A DNA stretch of 64,000 nucleotides from a virus (taxonomy: Duplodnaviria; Heunggongvirae; Uroviricota; Caudoviricetes). The translations under genes were made by a program, and so were the position numbers. Below the pieces are notes generated by a model. That model did not search any database, was not told where the DNA came from, and saw only the letters and a program-made list of their open reading frames with translations. Within the stretch, counting starts at the first letter, position 1, and each line of letters starts with the position of its first letter. Where the stretch lies: the IMG/VR virus record IMGVR_UViG_3300029705_000072. One strand, 5' to 3'. Shown piece by piece: positions 55,638 through 64,000 of the stretch.

Positions 55638-56780
55638 CTAAGCATTGCCAAATGTTTCTCCGGAACACGATCCGTAGCAAGTTGTTGAGCAAGAATAATG
55701 GCACGATGTTTTGCACTCTCCTTCACACCCCGCACTACAGCTAGTACATGCAGTATCACAGGAATTAGAACATTTGCCAGAGCAAGAAGTACCGCCGCAG
55801 CCAGAACAACCGGCACATCCGCCGCAATTATTGGTACATCCGCCAATGCAACCATTTCCACATCCTCCGGAACATCCTTGTGTACAACTTTCACATCCAG
55901 ATCCACACGAAGTGTCGCAACCACTATCGCAACCGTCATCACATGAGTTTCCGCACCCTGATCCACAATTCGTATAACACCCTCCAACGCAGTCGCCTAT
56001 ACACCATCCATTACAGGCACCGCAGCCGGTGCCACAGTCTCCCGCACAGTCGTTATTACACGATCCACTACAAGACGACGTACACTGAAGGCTACAAGTA
56101 GCAGTGCATTCACCGGCGCATCCTTTGCCACATCCTTGACACTGTCCAGAACACGAGCCAACGCATCCATCTATGCACGCACCCGTACATCCATTTGTGC
56201 ATCCCCCAGAGCAATTCCCATAGCAACCAGTACATCCATCCTCGCAATCACCAGAACATCCTGACACGCATCCGCCGGTGCAACTAGTACAGCCAGTAGT
56301 GCAACCACTACCACACGTGCCCTTACATCCGTCACAATACGACCCATATGACGTTACAGACGTATCGCCTTCGCATCCAGAACAGCCGCTCGCGCAAGTT
56401 CCTTGACATAGACCAGTACAAGCGCTGCGGCAAGAAGAGGAGCCCGTATCCGTCTCTGTTGCTAATTCGTTTACATATGTAATGAGAGAGGAATCGAAAG
56501 AACTTGGAAGTGGTTCTCCGACTGAAACCAGTTTTAAGTCGCCGTAATCCTTAATTTTCAATAACAAATCAACAGTCTTTTGTCCAAAATCAATCGTTAC
56601 ACCGTTATCGGACGACGGATCTGTTTTAAAGTTATACTCATCGCCAGAATAGTCGATTGCTTCACCACTTACAGCATATCCGTATCCACCGTCAGTACTA
56701 AGGCTTCCATAGTATTTTCTTCTTTCAAACTCGTCGTGGATTTTCTGCTTTAATTCCTTAATTTGCGATATAGTAAGCAT
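55638..56780 (-). CDS. Cys-repeat protein B: conserved 140-aa N-domain + about 240 aa of (C-x-x-x)n tetrapeptide repeats (about 70 Cys)
   Basis: CTGLCQGTCASGCSGC...; C-terminus STTCYGSCSGETFGNA; coupled to fibre 2 (14-nt gap, RBS GGAGGTGAT). Confidence 0.75.
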   Translation of the reverse strand: MLTISQIKELKQKIHDEFERRKYYGSLSTDGGYGYAVSGEAIDYSGDEYNFKTDPSSDNGVTIDFGQKTVDLLLKIKDYGDLKLVSVGEPLPSSFDSSLITYVNELATETDTGSSSCRSACTGLCQGTCASGCSGCEGDTSVTSYGSYCDGCKGTCGSGCTTGCTSCTGGCVSGCSGDCEDGCTGCYGNCSGGCTNGCTGACIDGCVGSCSGQCQGCGKGCAGECTATCSLQCTSSCSGSCNNDCAGDCGTGCGACNGWCIGDCVGGCYTNCGSGCGNSCDDGCDSGCDTSCGSGCESCTQGCSGGCGNGCIGGCTNNCGGCAGCSGCGGTSCSGKCSNSCDTACTSCSAGCEGECKTSCHYSCSTTCYGSCSGETFGNA

Positions 56781-56794
56781 TTAATCACCTCCGA

Positions 56795-57958
56795 CTAAGA
56801 ATCTGCGCCCCAAGACGATACGACAGGAGTCCATGTCGTGCCGTTGTGGTAATACATAACTCCATTTGAACTCTTAATCCAAAGAACTTTGGTGTTCGTA
56901 GGTGCGGATGCCTGTAACACAAAACCACCAGAATTGCTGGTTGTTGTTATTGTAATCCCAGAACTACCGTCAAACGAAGCCGACCCGGATACGTCACCTG
57001 ATAGAGTTATCGTTCTTGCTTCTTTAAGCTTAGTTGCAGTGTCTGCGTTTCCGGTTACGTTTCCCTTTACGTTTCCGGTCACACTTCCGGTTATGTTTGC
57101 TGTTATTCCAGACGGGAAGAGAGAGGGTTTATCTAAATAAAGGACAATTTGATTTGTCGTAGAACTAGTGTTTGGGTTAATTACGATTGCTTTTGTGTTC
57201 GAAGATATTGCAACGTGTTGATTTGAACTTGTACCAAAAACAAGCTGAGATGTGCTGGATGTACTAGAATTTTCTTTTGCACCGGTTAAATAGATATGGC
57301 CAGTCATGCCGCCGCCACTCAATTTTAGATAATTTGCGAGATCGCTTGCGTTTGCTTTTGTTCCAACAGCATCTTCCAGAAGATCGAACGCATCTTTATT
57401 GGTGTTAACTAGGTCTAGGATTTCCTTTAACGTATCATACTCTGCGTCTGTATGACCTATAAGCGTGGCTATTTCAGAATCCGTATAAGATTTTGACTCT
57501 GAAATGGCGGCCGCCTGTGCTTCTGCGGCCTTTGTTGCAGCAACACCAACAGCCTCTTTGCCATCGAGTTCTGCTTTAAGGTTTGTTACGTCGCTTATTG
57601 TGTGAGCGTGCGAGTTATCGTTCACGGTAATTATACCGTTCGAAATAACAACATCGCCACCGGTTTTAACCATTCCGAGGCTGGTGCCGGCAGCTGTGTT
57701 ATTTGACGGAATACCGAGCGCGGTAATATCATCGAGAGATACCCTCTCTCCAATAGTAACGTGTCCTTCAGAATTTGTTGTGATTTTTAAAAATCCAGAC
57801 ACGGCTACGCCCTTATTAGTTACGGAGTGCTTGTATGCGACGTCCAGATCAGTGCCGAGAATTTCGTCGATTTCAGTAAAATTGCTATTTATATCTGCGA
57901 TGTCAATGACATCGGTATAGTCTGGTAGGTTAAACTTTTTATAATTCGATGTCTTCAC
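56795..57958 (-). CDS. tail fibre protein 2
   Basis: NDNSHAHTISDVTNLKAELDGK and LSGGGMTGHIYLTG fibre motifs; C-terminal MYYHNGTTWTPVVSSWG shared with fibre 1. Confidence 0.75.
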   Translation of the reverse strand: MKTSNYKKFNLPDYTDVIDIADINSNFTEIDEILGTDLDVAYKHSVTNKGVAVSGFLKITTNSEGHVTIGERVSLDDITALGIPSNNTAAGTSLGMVKTGGDVVISNGIITVNDNSHAHTISDVTNLKAELDGKEAVGVAATKAAEAQAAAISESKSYTDSEIATLIGHTDAEYDTLKEILDLVNTNKDAFDLLEDAVGTKANASDLANYLKLSGGGMTGHIYLTGAKENSSTSSTSQLVFGTSSNQHVAISSNTKAIVINPNTSSTTNQIVLYLDKPSLFPSGITANITGSVTGNVKGNVTGNADTATKLKEARTITLSGDVSGSASFDGSSGITITTTSNSGGFVLQASAPTNTKVLWIKSSNGVMYYHNGTTWTPVVSSWGADS

Positions 57959-58019
57959 ACGTTATTCCTCCTTGAAAATAGTTCCCTCAAAAGGAACCGT
58001 GTGGCCCCTATAATAGGGT

Positions 58020-58052
58020 AAATAGAACACCTCCGGCTTTTTATAGCCGGAG
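58020..58052 (-). terminator. terminator after the rSAM gene
   Basis: cctccggctataaaaagccggagg hairpin + T-run on the minus strand. Confidence 0.6.
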
Positions 58053-58085
58053 GTTTTCAAATGTTAGTTTTATTTAGTTTAGCGC

Positions 58086-59411
58086 CTATAAAGAAACTCC
58101 GCTTTCCAGGAACTTTAGCAATGCGAATTCATCCTCGCTAATGATCTTAAGCGCATCTTCTTTGGGCAGCCAAATTTTGAATCTGGCGGACGGGTTTGCA
58201 ATACGATATACCTTGTTCCAGTAATATGCGTTTGCAAGACTTCTTGCTTTGTGCATAATGCAAATAAAAGTAGCTCGTTTGTTTACCGTTCCAAAACACT
58301 GATAGTTATATGCACTACACCATGAGCAACCCTTTGCAATAGGACAGAAAAAGCATTCATCAGTAGATTGTGTTCTTCTATCAACGCTATTCATTTCTTG
58401 ACAAATCTGGCAATGCCGTTCTGTGCTCAAGATTCCGTCGTAAATGTTACCAATACATAGTGGTTCTATCTCTGTACCAAGGGAACTTTCCATATATCGA
58501 ATACAAGGATATAAATCGCCCTTCCAGTCAACTGCGAGCATCGAGCCGGTTCCGCCACACCAGTTCTGCAGATCGTCTTGCATCATTGGCATAAAATTCT
58601 TTTCATCAAAAATGGAAACGAATACGTTTTCGTATAGTCGATTCTCAATCATGTAGTCGGCCAGCTCTTTTAGTTGCGAATATAATGTTCTTGCGTGTTC
58701 TTCAGTCCAACCTTCTTCATATACGCAATTAAGATTTATTTCGGTATATCCTTTTTCGATAAGACCCTTTACCGCTTCACATACGAACGAAACATTTTCT
58801 GGAGCGATGGTCATTTTACTACCCATATTCCCCTGAAATTCGTTCATGTAGTGTTCGACGGCAGCAATTGCAATATCATAACTTCCCCTACCATCTGGGA
58901 AAACTCTACAAGCGTCATGAAGTCTTTTGTTGCCATCGATGCTAATGCTAAAACTTAAGTGCTTTAAGTGCCGGCGTATGTATTTTTGAACCTCCGGCTT
59001 AAAATATAAAGTTCCGTTCGAACAGATTGATATACGATATCTGTTTAGCCATGGATGATCTCTTTCGATCATGGAGTTAATAAAGTAATCAGTTAGATCA
59101 GATACTAGACCTATTTCTACGAATGGCTCTCCGCCGATAAATTCTAGAATAATTGCTTCTGTGTCTGAATAATCACAGTAATTATCGTATTTACCGTCGA
59201 GAAGATCATCGATGAATTTCTTTCCAACCTCAAGCGGCATTACGTGCGTGTGCTTGTTGATTTGATAGCAGTATGTACACGCAAGATTGCACGCGTCAGT
59301 CACCTGGATGGTGACTGTACGCGTTGCATAACTTTTACGCTGTTCGGTTTTAAAAATGCGGCGAATATACTCATCGTATGTACCTTGCTTTATTTGCCGC
59401 ATGAAACACAA
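58086..59411 (-). CDS. radical SAM enzyme with C-terminal SPASM domain (anSME-like peptide/protein-modifying maturase)
   Basis: CNLACTYC (CX3CX2C); FIGGEP; SISIDG..HD..R; C-terminal CGGTGS...C...CQICQ...CFFCP...CSWCS auxiliary-cluster Cys. Confidence 0.8.
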   Translation of the reverse strand: MCFMRQIKQGTYDEYIRRIFKTEQRKSYATRTVTIQVTDACNLACTYCYQINKHTHVMPLEVGKKFIDDLLDGKYDNYCDYSDTEAIILEFIGGEPFVEIGLVSDLTDYFINSMIERDHPWLNRYRISICSNGTLYFKPEVQKYIRRHLKHLSFSISIDGNKRLHDACRVFPDGRGSYDIAIAAVEHYMNEFQGNMGSKMTIAPENVSFVCEAVKGLIEKGYTEINLNCVYEEGWTEEHARTLYSQLKELADYMIENRLYENVFVSIFDEKNFMPMMQDDLQNWCGGTGSMLAVDWKGDLYPCIRYMESSLGTEIEPLCIGNIYDGILSTERHCQICQEMNSVDRRTQSTDECFFCPIAKGCSWCSAYNYQCFGTVNKRATFICIMHKARSLANAYYWNKVYRIANPSARFKIWLPKEDALKIISEDEFALLKFLESGVSL

Positions 59412-59683
59412 GCCCCCGATTCGTTAACGGACAATTCACAGGTAGCAAAGTCCAGATTCCAGGACTGACCGTTACCAATACCAACAGAGTTAACCATTTC
59501 CTGTTTGGCTTTATTGTACATAACGAAAAATTCCTGATACTCATTATGATACTTCGCGAACATAGCGCTTTCTGTGTTCATGCCGTTTGAAAGCATCTGT
59601 GTAATAACATCCTTACGGCTTTCGACTTCGTACTGAAGGGCTTCAATTTTTTCAACGATTTCTTTGTTAACTACAATTTTCAT
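59390..59683 (-). CDS. 97-aa protein translationally coupled to the rSAM gene; C-terminus ...DFATCELSVNESGACVSCGK (RiPP-precursor-like or partner peptide)
   Basis: RBS AAAGAAAGGAAATT; stop overlaps the rSAM start; 4 Cys in the last 20 aa. Confidence 0.55.
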   Translation of the reverse strand: MKIVVNKEIVEKIEALQYEVESRKDVITQMLSNGMNTESAMFAKYHNEYQEFFVMYNKAKQEMVNSVGIGNGQSWNLDFATCELSVNESGACVSCGK

Positions 59684-59736
59684 AATAATTTCCTTTCTTT
59701 CATCCTGTCCAAACGGACGTTTTATTGAGTTTTTAG

Positions 59737-60588
59737 TTAAGCAACTCCGTACGTCTCTCCGGAGCAACTACCATAACATGTTGTTGAACATGTTGAGAAG
59801 CAAGTAGATTTACACTGGCCGTTGCATCCGCTGGAGCAACCAGAGCAGCCAGAACAACCGGAGCATTGGCTTGTGCAATCAGAACCACCGCAACCGGAAC
59901 AACCGGCACAACCTCCGCAACCGCCTTCACAGCCACCTGAACAGCCACTAGCACACTGTGTATAGCATCCACCGTGGCATAGTGAGTAGCAAGAAGCATT
60001 ACAATATGGGTCTCCTGCCGTGGTATAGCTAGAACCAGAGCAAGAATCGCAACGGTCACTACAACCTCCTTGACAATAACCAGAACAGCTACCACAGTTA
60101 TTAGAGCATCCAGAGCCACAACTTGCAGAGCACCCGTCGCAATAACTACCATAACTTGTTCCGGCAGTACTTCCTGTACAACCAGAACAGCCGCTTGCGC
60201 ACGTACCCTGACATAGTCCGGTGCAAGCGCTGCGGCAAGAAGAGGATGACCCTGTAATAGATTCTGACGCAAGTGCATTAACGTATGTTATGAGTTCTTC
60301 ATCGAACGAAGAAGGGAGACTGTCGCCCTTTGAAACGAGTTTCAAATCCCCGTAATCTTTGATTTTAAGCAGTAAATCAATAGTCTTTTGACCATGTTCT
60401 GCTAGTATAAAACCGCCCGAAGTAGGAGCGGTAGTAAAGTCATAGCTCGACCCAGAATAGTCGGTAGCAGTATCTTTCACAGCATAGTTATAACCACCAT
60501 CTGTACTTAAACTACCATAGTATTTTCTACGAGCCATTTCAGCTTTTATTTTAGTCTTTAGTTCTTTTATTTGTGTTGCTGTTAACAT
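59737..60588 (-). CDS. Cys-repeat protein A: same N-domain as protein B + shorter (C-x-x-x)n repeat region
   Basis: N-domain about 70% identical to protein B; C-terminus STTCYGSCSGETYGVA; 6-nt gap after the fibre 1 stop. Confidence 0.75.
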   Translation of the reverse strand: MLTATQIKELKTKIKAEMARRKYYGSLSTDGGYNYAVKDTATDYSGSSYDFTTAPTSGGFILAEHGQKTIDLLLKIKDYGDLKLVSKGDSLPSSFDEELITYVNALASESITGSSSSCRSACTGLCQGTCASGCSGCTGSTAGTSYGSYCDGCSASCGSGCSNNCGSCSGYCQGGCSDRCDSCSGSSYTTAGDPYCNASCYSLCHGGCYTQCASGCSGGCEGGCGGCAGCSGCGGSDCTSQCSGCSGCSGCSSGCNGQCKSTCFSTCSTTCYGSCSGETYGVA

Positions 60589-60594
60589 ACATCA

Positions 60595-63500
60595 TTACCC
60601 CCAAACAGAAGCGACTTGTGTCCAAGTACCACTACTATTTTTGTAATACATAATGTCTGTTGATTCATCAACATAAATCTTACCACCTGTAGAAGCGGAA
60701 GGAGCACCAGAACCGGTATTATAAATATCTGTTATTGCGATAGAAGTTACACCGATATCAGAAGCTGTCAGAGTAATATTTCCTGTTAATTTCTTTCCAT
60801 TAATTGTTCTAGAAGTGGGAACTGCACCTAAACTGCTTATAGTAGGTAGATCAGCAGTTGTAGCAACCCTTGTACCCTTCCACAGAAGATTACCTGAGCT
60901 TCCTCCGATTGCAAGACCTGAAGAATATGGATATTCAGTAGCAGAAGCATCAAATAAACCACCAATGAATGATGTACCATCGACTTGGTCGGTACAATAA
61001 CCATAGACCATTTTCTTTGCACCGCCAGCCGCAGGAATTGCAATTACTTGAGCAGCACTACCGTCTCTGCTATTGGTTACATCTTCAATGATAATATCAG
61101 AGTCTTGAACATCACCACTTGTACCGTCCCATCTGACAATAGCCTTGTTTGTTACCGTTTTAGCAGTGTCTGCTTTTGGCGGTCTAGTGATAGCGAACAT
61201 CTTAGCGCCCTTTTGTACTGCTAAAGGAGTTACAGTACCGGTATCGCTAGAGAACGTGGTGCAACTAGCAGAGGGATAAACAATGGTTACACCCGCTTGA
61301 GATGCAGTTGCTACTGGGACGTACATATTATTTACTCCCGTGCCAGTACCAATATTTAAGTTGCTACTACCTCCGGTTGGAGATGATGGAGGGGTACTTG
61401 TGTATTTTGGAGTATGATAATAGTTGGTATTCGTATCAGTGCCAGTAATAGTGATATTGCCACTTGCGTCACTTGTAACACTTACGCTACCTGCACCGGT
61501 GATCTTATGAGTAGATGTAGCGGAGCCGTTTTCAATGTGATTCAGATACACATTGCCGTTGGTCTTTGCTGCGTTTGCGTTTGTATTTGTTGCACCAACA
61601 GTATTCTTACTGCTATAGTGCGTATCGGTGTCGGTGTTTGTCCAAGGTACATTAACAGCCAGATAACCGGTCTTATCGATAGCGACAGGGTATACTCTGC
61701 CAGAGGTTGTAGTAGCCGCTGCTGAGTCTACAGTCAGAGCTGTTTCGCTACGAAGCTTTGCTTTATAGCTTGTGGTGCCGCTTGTACCGCCGCTTCCTGT
61801 TACAGTCAAACCAACGCCTGCAGAATGTGCGTGAGAGGTGTTATTGTCGGTGTTCGGATTTGCTGGCATCTGGATAGAATCAACGGTTACTCCGGTAACG
61901 TGACCCTTTGCGTCGCGCTGAATGTTTACACCTGTGACAAGGTCAGTCGAACCCCAGGTTGCAGGAGTAGTGCTGCTTGCGTCTGCGCTCAGAGCGGCAG
62001 CGGAGTCTGCGGCAGGGGTATAGTGATTACCGACGGCGGTTACCTTAGTATCTGTATTGTCGCTTGCAGGGATCTTTACGGTATGTTCGCTGATTCCGGT
62101 AACGTGACCGGTTGCGTTTACAGTAACATAAGGTACCTTGAAGGTTCCGCCATATGCAGGGGTCTGTGCGGCACTATCGCCGTAACTGCCGGCGGTTGCA
62201 CCTGAATTTGCATGAGAGATTGTTCTTGTACCACTGCTGGTAATAGCAGAGGTAGAATCAATTGCGATAGGAGAGGTGGCCTTCAGTGTAACACTGGTTA
62301 CAGTGCCCTTAGGTTCATCGCCGGATGGTATCAGAACCCATGCGGGTTCATCAGAGCAGACAAATACGTCGCCAGCCTTAGCAGCCTGACTTGCGTATGT
62401 ACCGTCCTTAATTACCTTATAAGTATCACCAACAGTGCTTGAGGACGCTGTGGGAAGCGCGGTAATAGTACCGCCTGTACCAAGTGAGCCCTTAAACACC
62501 ATTGCAGTAGAGATGTCTGCTTTGGTGGCATAGTCACTCAGATCAACGCTACCGGTAATGCTTACACCGGTTCCGCTCTTACTTGCACTCAGAGTGAGTG
62601 GAGCAGTGCCAGAAGCGGTTACAGAACCAACACCGCCAAGAGAAGAAAGGGTGGGGATGGTTGCACCGGTAACGGTAACAACACCGTCGGAAGCGGTTAC
62701 GCTTACAGAACCAGCGCCCTTGATGTTTACTTCGCCTTCAGCAGAGCCGTCGTAAGTTTCAACCACAGTACCATTTCCCTTAATTACTAAAGAATTTGGG
62801 TTCTTCAGAGAGGAGGGTACGGTTGGTACTGTAGGCATAGTAATCGATAGAGTTTGTTCAGTCAGGCCGGTAGTGTGACCGTACTTATCAACGGTTACCT
62901 TGGGAACCTTGATAGAACCTGACTTACCGGATCCACTAATGGTCACATCTGCGGTAGCACCCTTGGTAGTGCTTGTAGTAGTGTTGGGACCCTTGGTTGC
63001 GTGAGTAGCTGTATAGCTTACGCCGTTAGTTCCATTAGAACCAGTTAAAACAACTACGTCATCATCAGACGCACCAGCGGTGATCGTGAACGATGTAGTG
63101 TTGTTGTCGGTCCAAGGAACGTTGACATACATCTGGTTGTCGCTGTTCAGTTCGACAGGGTAATTCTTTCCGCTTTCGGGGAAGCCGATCTTGACAAGAC
63201 CGAGAGTGTCATCTGTTGCGATGCCATAGGTGGTATCCTTGTCTTCGGGAAGAGTAACGGTCTTGGTGTTTACCTTGGTAACATGACCGTTGGTATCTCT
63301 GGTTACGCTGTCGACCACAGTGAAGGTACCGCCGTGACTGGGAGCGGCGGTAGAAGTGCTATCAGAGTATTTACTGATAGTGGGGTGTGCGGATGAAATC
63401 GTGATTTTGTCGTTAGTAGCATCAGCAGTAACGGTTACGTTGCTACCAGCTTCGATGGTCAACGAATCGGTCTTTGAGTCTGCCTCTACGGTTGTTGAAC

Positions 63501-64000
63501 CAACAACGACCTTGCTGAATGCGTTCTGGTTTACTTCTGCTCCCGCAGCAATGCCAGAAAGCTTGTTCTTCTCAGTAGTGGTATAGTCGTTAGTAGACAG
63601 TCCCTTACCGCTTACCTTGTCGACCTTATTGCCAAGAGCGGCGCTGACCGCCTTGTTCTGAACGGGGTTTGTTGAGGAACCGTTAATAGCAGAGTCTACA
63701 ACAACTGCTGCGGGGGTATCGGACAGATCTTTGTAGCTACCGCTTGTTGCTACGTCAGCCAGACCTGTGATCATAGAGGCCGGGTGAGAAGCGGGGTGCG
63801 AATAATTGTTTGCATTTGCTTCGATACCAGAAAGCTTATTCTTTTCTGCAGTAGTGTAGTCGTTTGTGGAAAGACCCTTTCCGTTTACCTTATCAACTTT
63901 GTTCGAGAGTTCGGACTTCGTTGCGTATGTTGCGCTGATGTTGTTACCTTCTGCGTCTTGCTTTGCAGAAGAGTAGGGGAGTTCACTGAAATTGCTAACC
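60595..64000 (-). CDS. tail fibre protein 1 (partial; continues past the window end)
   Basis: reading frame stays open upstream of Met at 63774 (..KVDKVNGKGLSTNDYTTAEKNKLSGIE..); tandem LS.NDYT..EK.KLSGI fibre repeats; C-terminal MYYKNSSGTWTQVASVWG. Confidence 0.8.
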   Translation of the reverse strand, partial: VSNFSELPYSSAKQDAEGNNISATYATKSELSNKVDKVNGKGLSTNDYTTAEKNKLSGIEANANNYSHPASHPASMITGLADVATSGSYKDLSDTPAAVVVDSAINGSSTNPVQNKAVSAALGNKVDKVSGKGLSTNDYTTTEKNKLSGIAAGAEVNQNAFSKVVVGSTTVEADSKTDSLTIEAGSNVTVTADATNDKITISSAHPTISKYSDSTSTAAPSHGGTFTVVDSVTRDTNGHVTKVNTKTVTLPEDKDTTYGIATDDTLGLVKIGFPESGKNYPVELNSDNQMYVNVPWTDNNTTSFTITAGASDDDVVVLTGSNGTNGVSYTATHATKGPNTTTSTTKGATADVTISGSGKSGSIKVPKVTVDKYGHTTGLTEQTLSITMPTVPTVPSSLKNPNSLVIKGNGTVVETYDGSAEGEVNIKGAGSVSVTASDGVVTVTGATIPTLSSLGGVGSVTASGTAPLTLSASKSGTGVSITGSVDLSDYATKADISTAMVFKGSLGTGGTITALPTASSSTVGDTYKVIKDGTYASQAAKAGDVFVCSDEPAWVLIPSGDEPKGTVTSVTLKATSPIAIDSTSAITSSGTRTISHANSGATAGSYGDSAAQTPAYGGTFKVPYVTVNATGHVTGISEHTVKIPASDNTDTKVTAVGNHYTPAADSAAALSADASSTTPATWGSTDLVTGVNIQRDAKGHVTGVTVDSIQMPANPNTDNNTSHAHSAGVGLTVTGSGGTSGTTSYKAKLRSETALTVDSAAATTTSGRVYPVAIDKTGYLAVNVPWTNTDTDTHYSSKNTVGATNTNANAAKTNGNVYLNHIENGSATSTHKITGAGSVSVTSDASGNITITGTDTNTNYYHTPKYTSTPPSSPTGGSSNLNIGTGTGVNNMYVPVATASQAGVTIVYPSASCTTFSSDTGTVTPLAVQKGAKMFAITRPPKADTAKTVTNKAIVRWDGTSGDVQDSDIIIEDVTNSRDGSAAQVIAIPAAGGAKKMVYGYCTDQVDGTSFIGGLFDASATEYPYSSGLAIGGSSGNLLWKGTRVATTADLPTISSLGAVPTSRTINGKKLTGNITLTASDIGVTSIAITDIYNTGSGAPSASTGGKIYVDESTDIMYYKNSSGTWTQVASVWG

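Noticed and set aside
55698-56101. Plus-strand ORFs antisense to Cys-repeat protein B (e.g. 55711..55977 H/P/Q-rich)
   Set aside because: They are mirror-image reading of the (TGC-NNN)n repeat and lack start contexts.
60815-63586. Multiple plus-strand ORFs (60815.., 61414.., 61825.., 62212.., 63356..) inside the fibre gene
   Set aside because: They are antisense to a long, motif-rich fibre CDS, Cys/Ser-rich artefacts of the GC-skewed complement, with no RBS.

Overview
The window reads as a temperate tailed-phage or prophage genome (a tyrosine integrase plus Xis, a CI/LexA-like repressor, and an attP-like repeat region) from a low/mid-GC anaerobic Firmicute, laid out as a circular permutation. 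Left to right it contains: (1) tRNA arrays (about 12 tRNAs plus several tRNA-like minihelices) interleaved with many small early-type genes carrying a recurring upstream motif; (2) a tightly packed operon of a ubiquitin-like beta-grasp candidate, a 473-aa unknown, a JAB/JAMM isopeptidase and an E1/ThiF adenylyltransferase, immediately followed by a stand-alone reverse transcriptase bracketed by two partly homologous structured non-coding regions; (3) a cysteine desulfurase and an SPFH protein; (4) the lysogeny switch, a MazF/EndoA-like toxin and a replication module (Erf, SSB, Cas4-like nuclease, DnaB, primase, DnaE), with dnaE interrupted by a group I intron carrying an HNH endonuclease; (5) anaerobic nucleotide metabolism (nrdD split by an ORF-less intron-like insert, nrdG, dNMP kinase, dUTPase); (6) Int/Xis with arm-type repeats; (7) an accessory island with a GNAT-type toxin pair and a type III ToxIN/AbiQ-like locus with its 34-nt repeat RNA; (8) a lysis cassette (two holins, an M15 peptidase, a NAGPA-type lysin with a PG-binding domain); (9) a tail-fibre module in which each of two fibre genes is translationally coupled to a very large (CxxxC)n cysteine-repeat protein. 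Those two fibre/Cys-repeat pairs bracket a radical-SAM/SPASM enzyme and a coupled 97-aa Cys-ending peptide, which I consider the most unusual candidate 'system' in the window. All calls come from reading the sequence and the ORF translations; no database search was possible.
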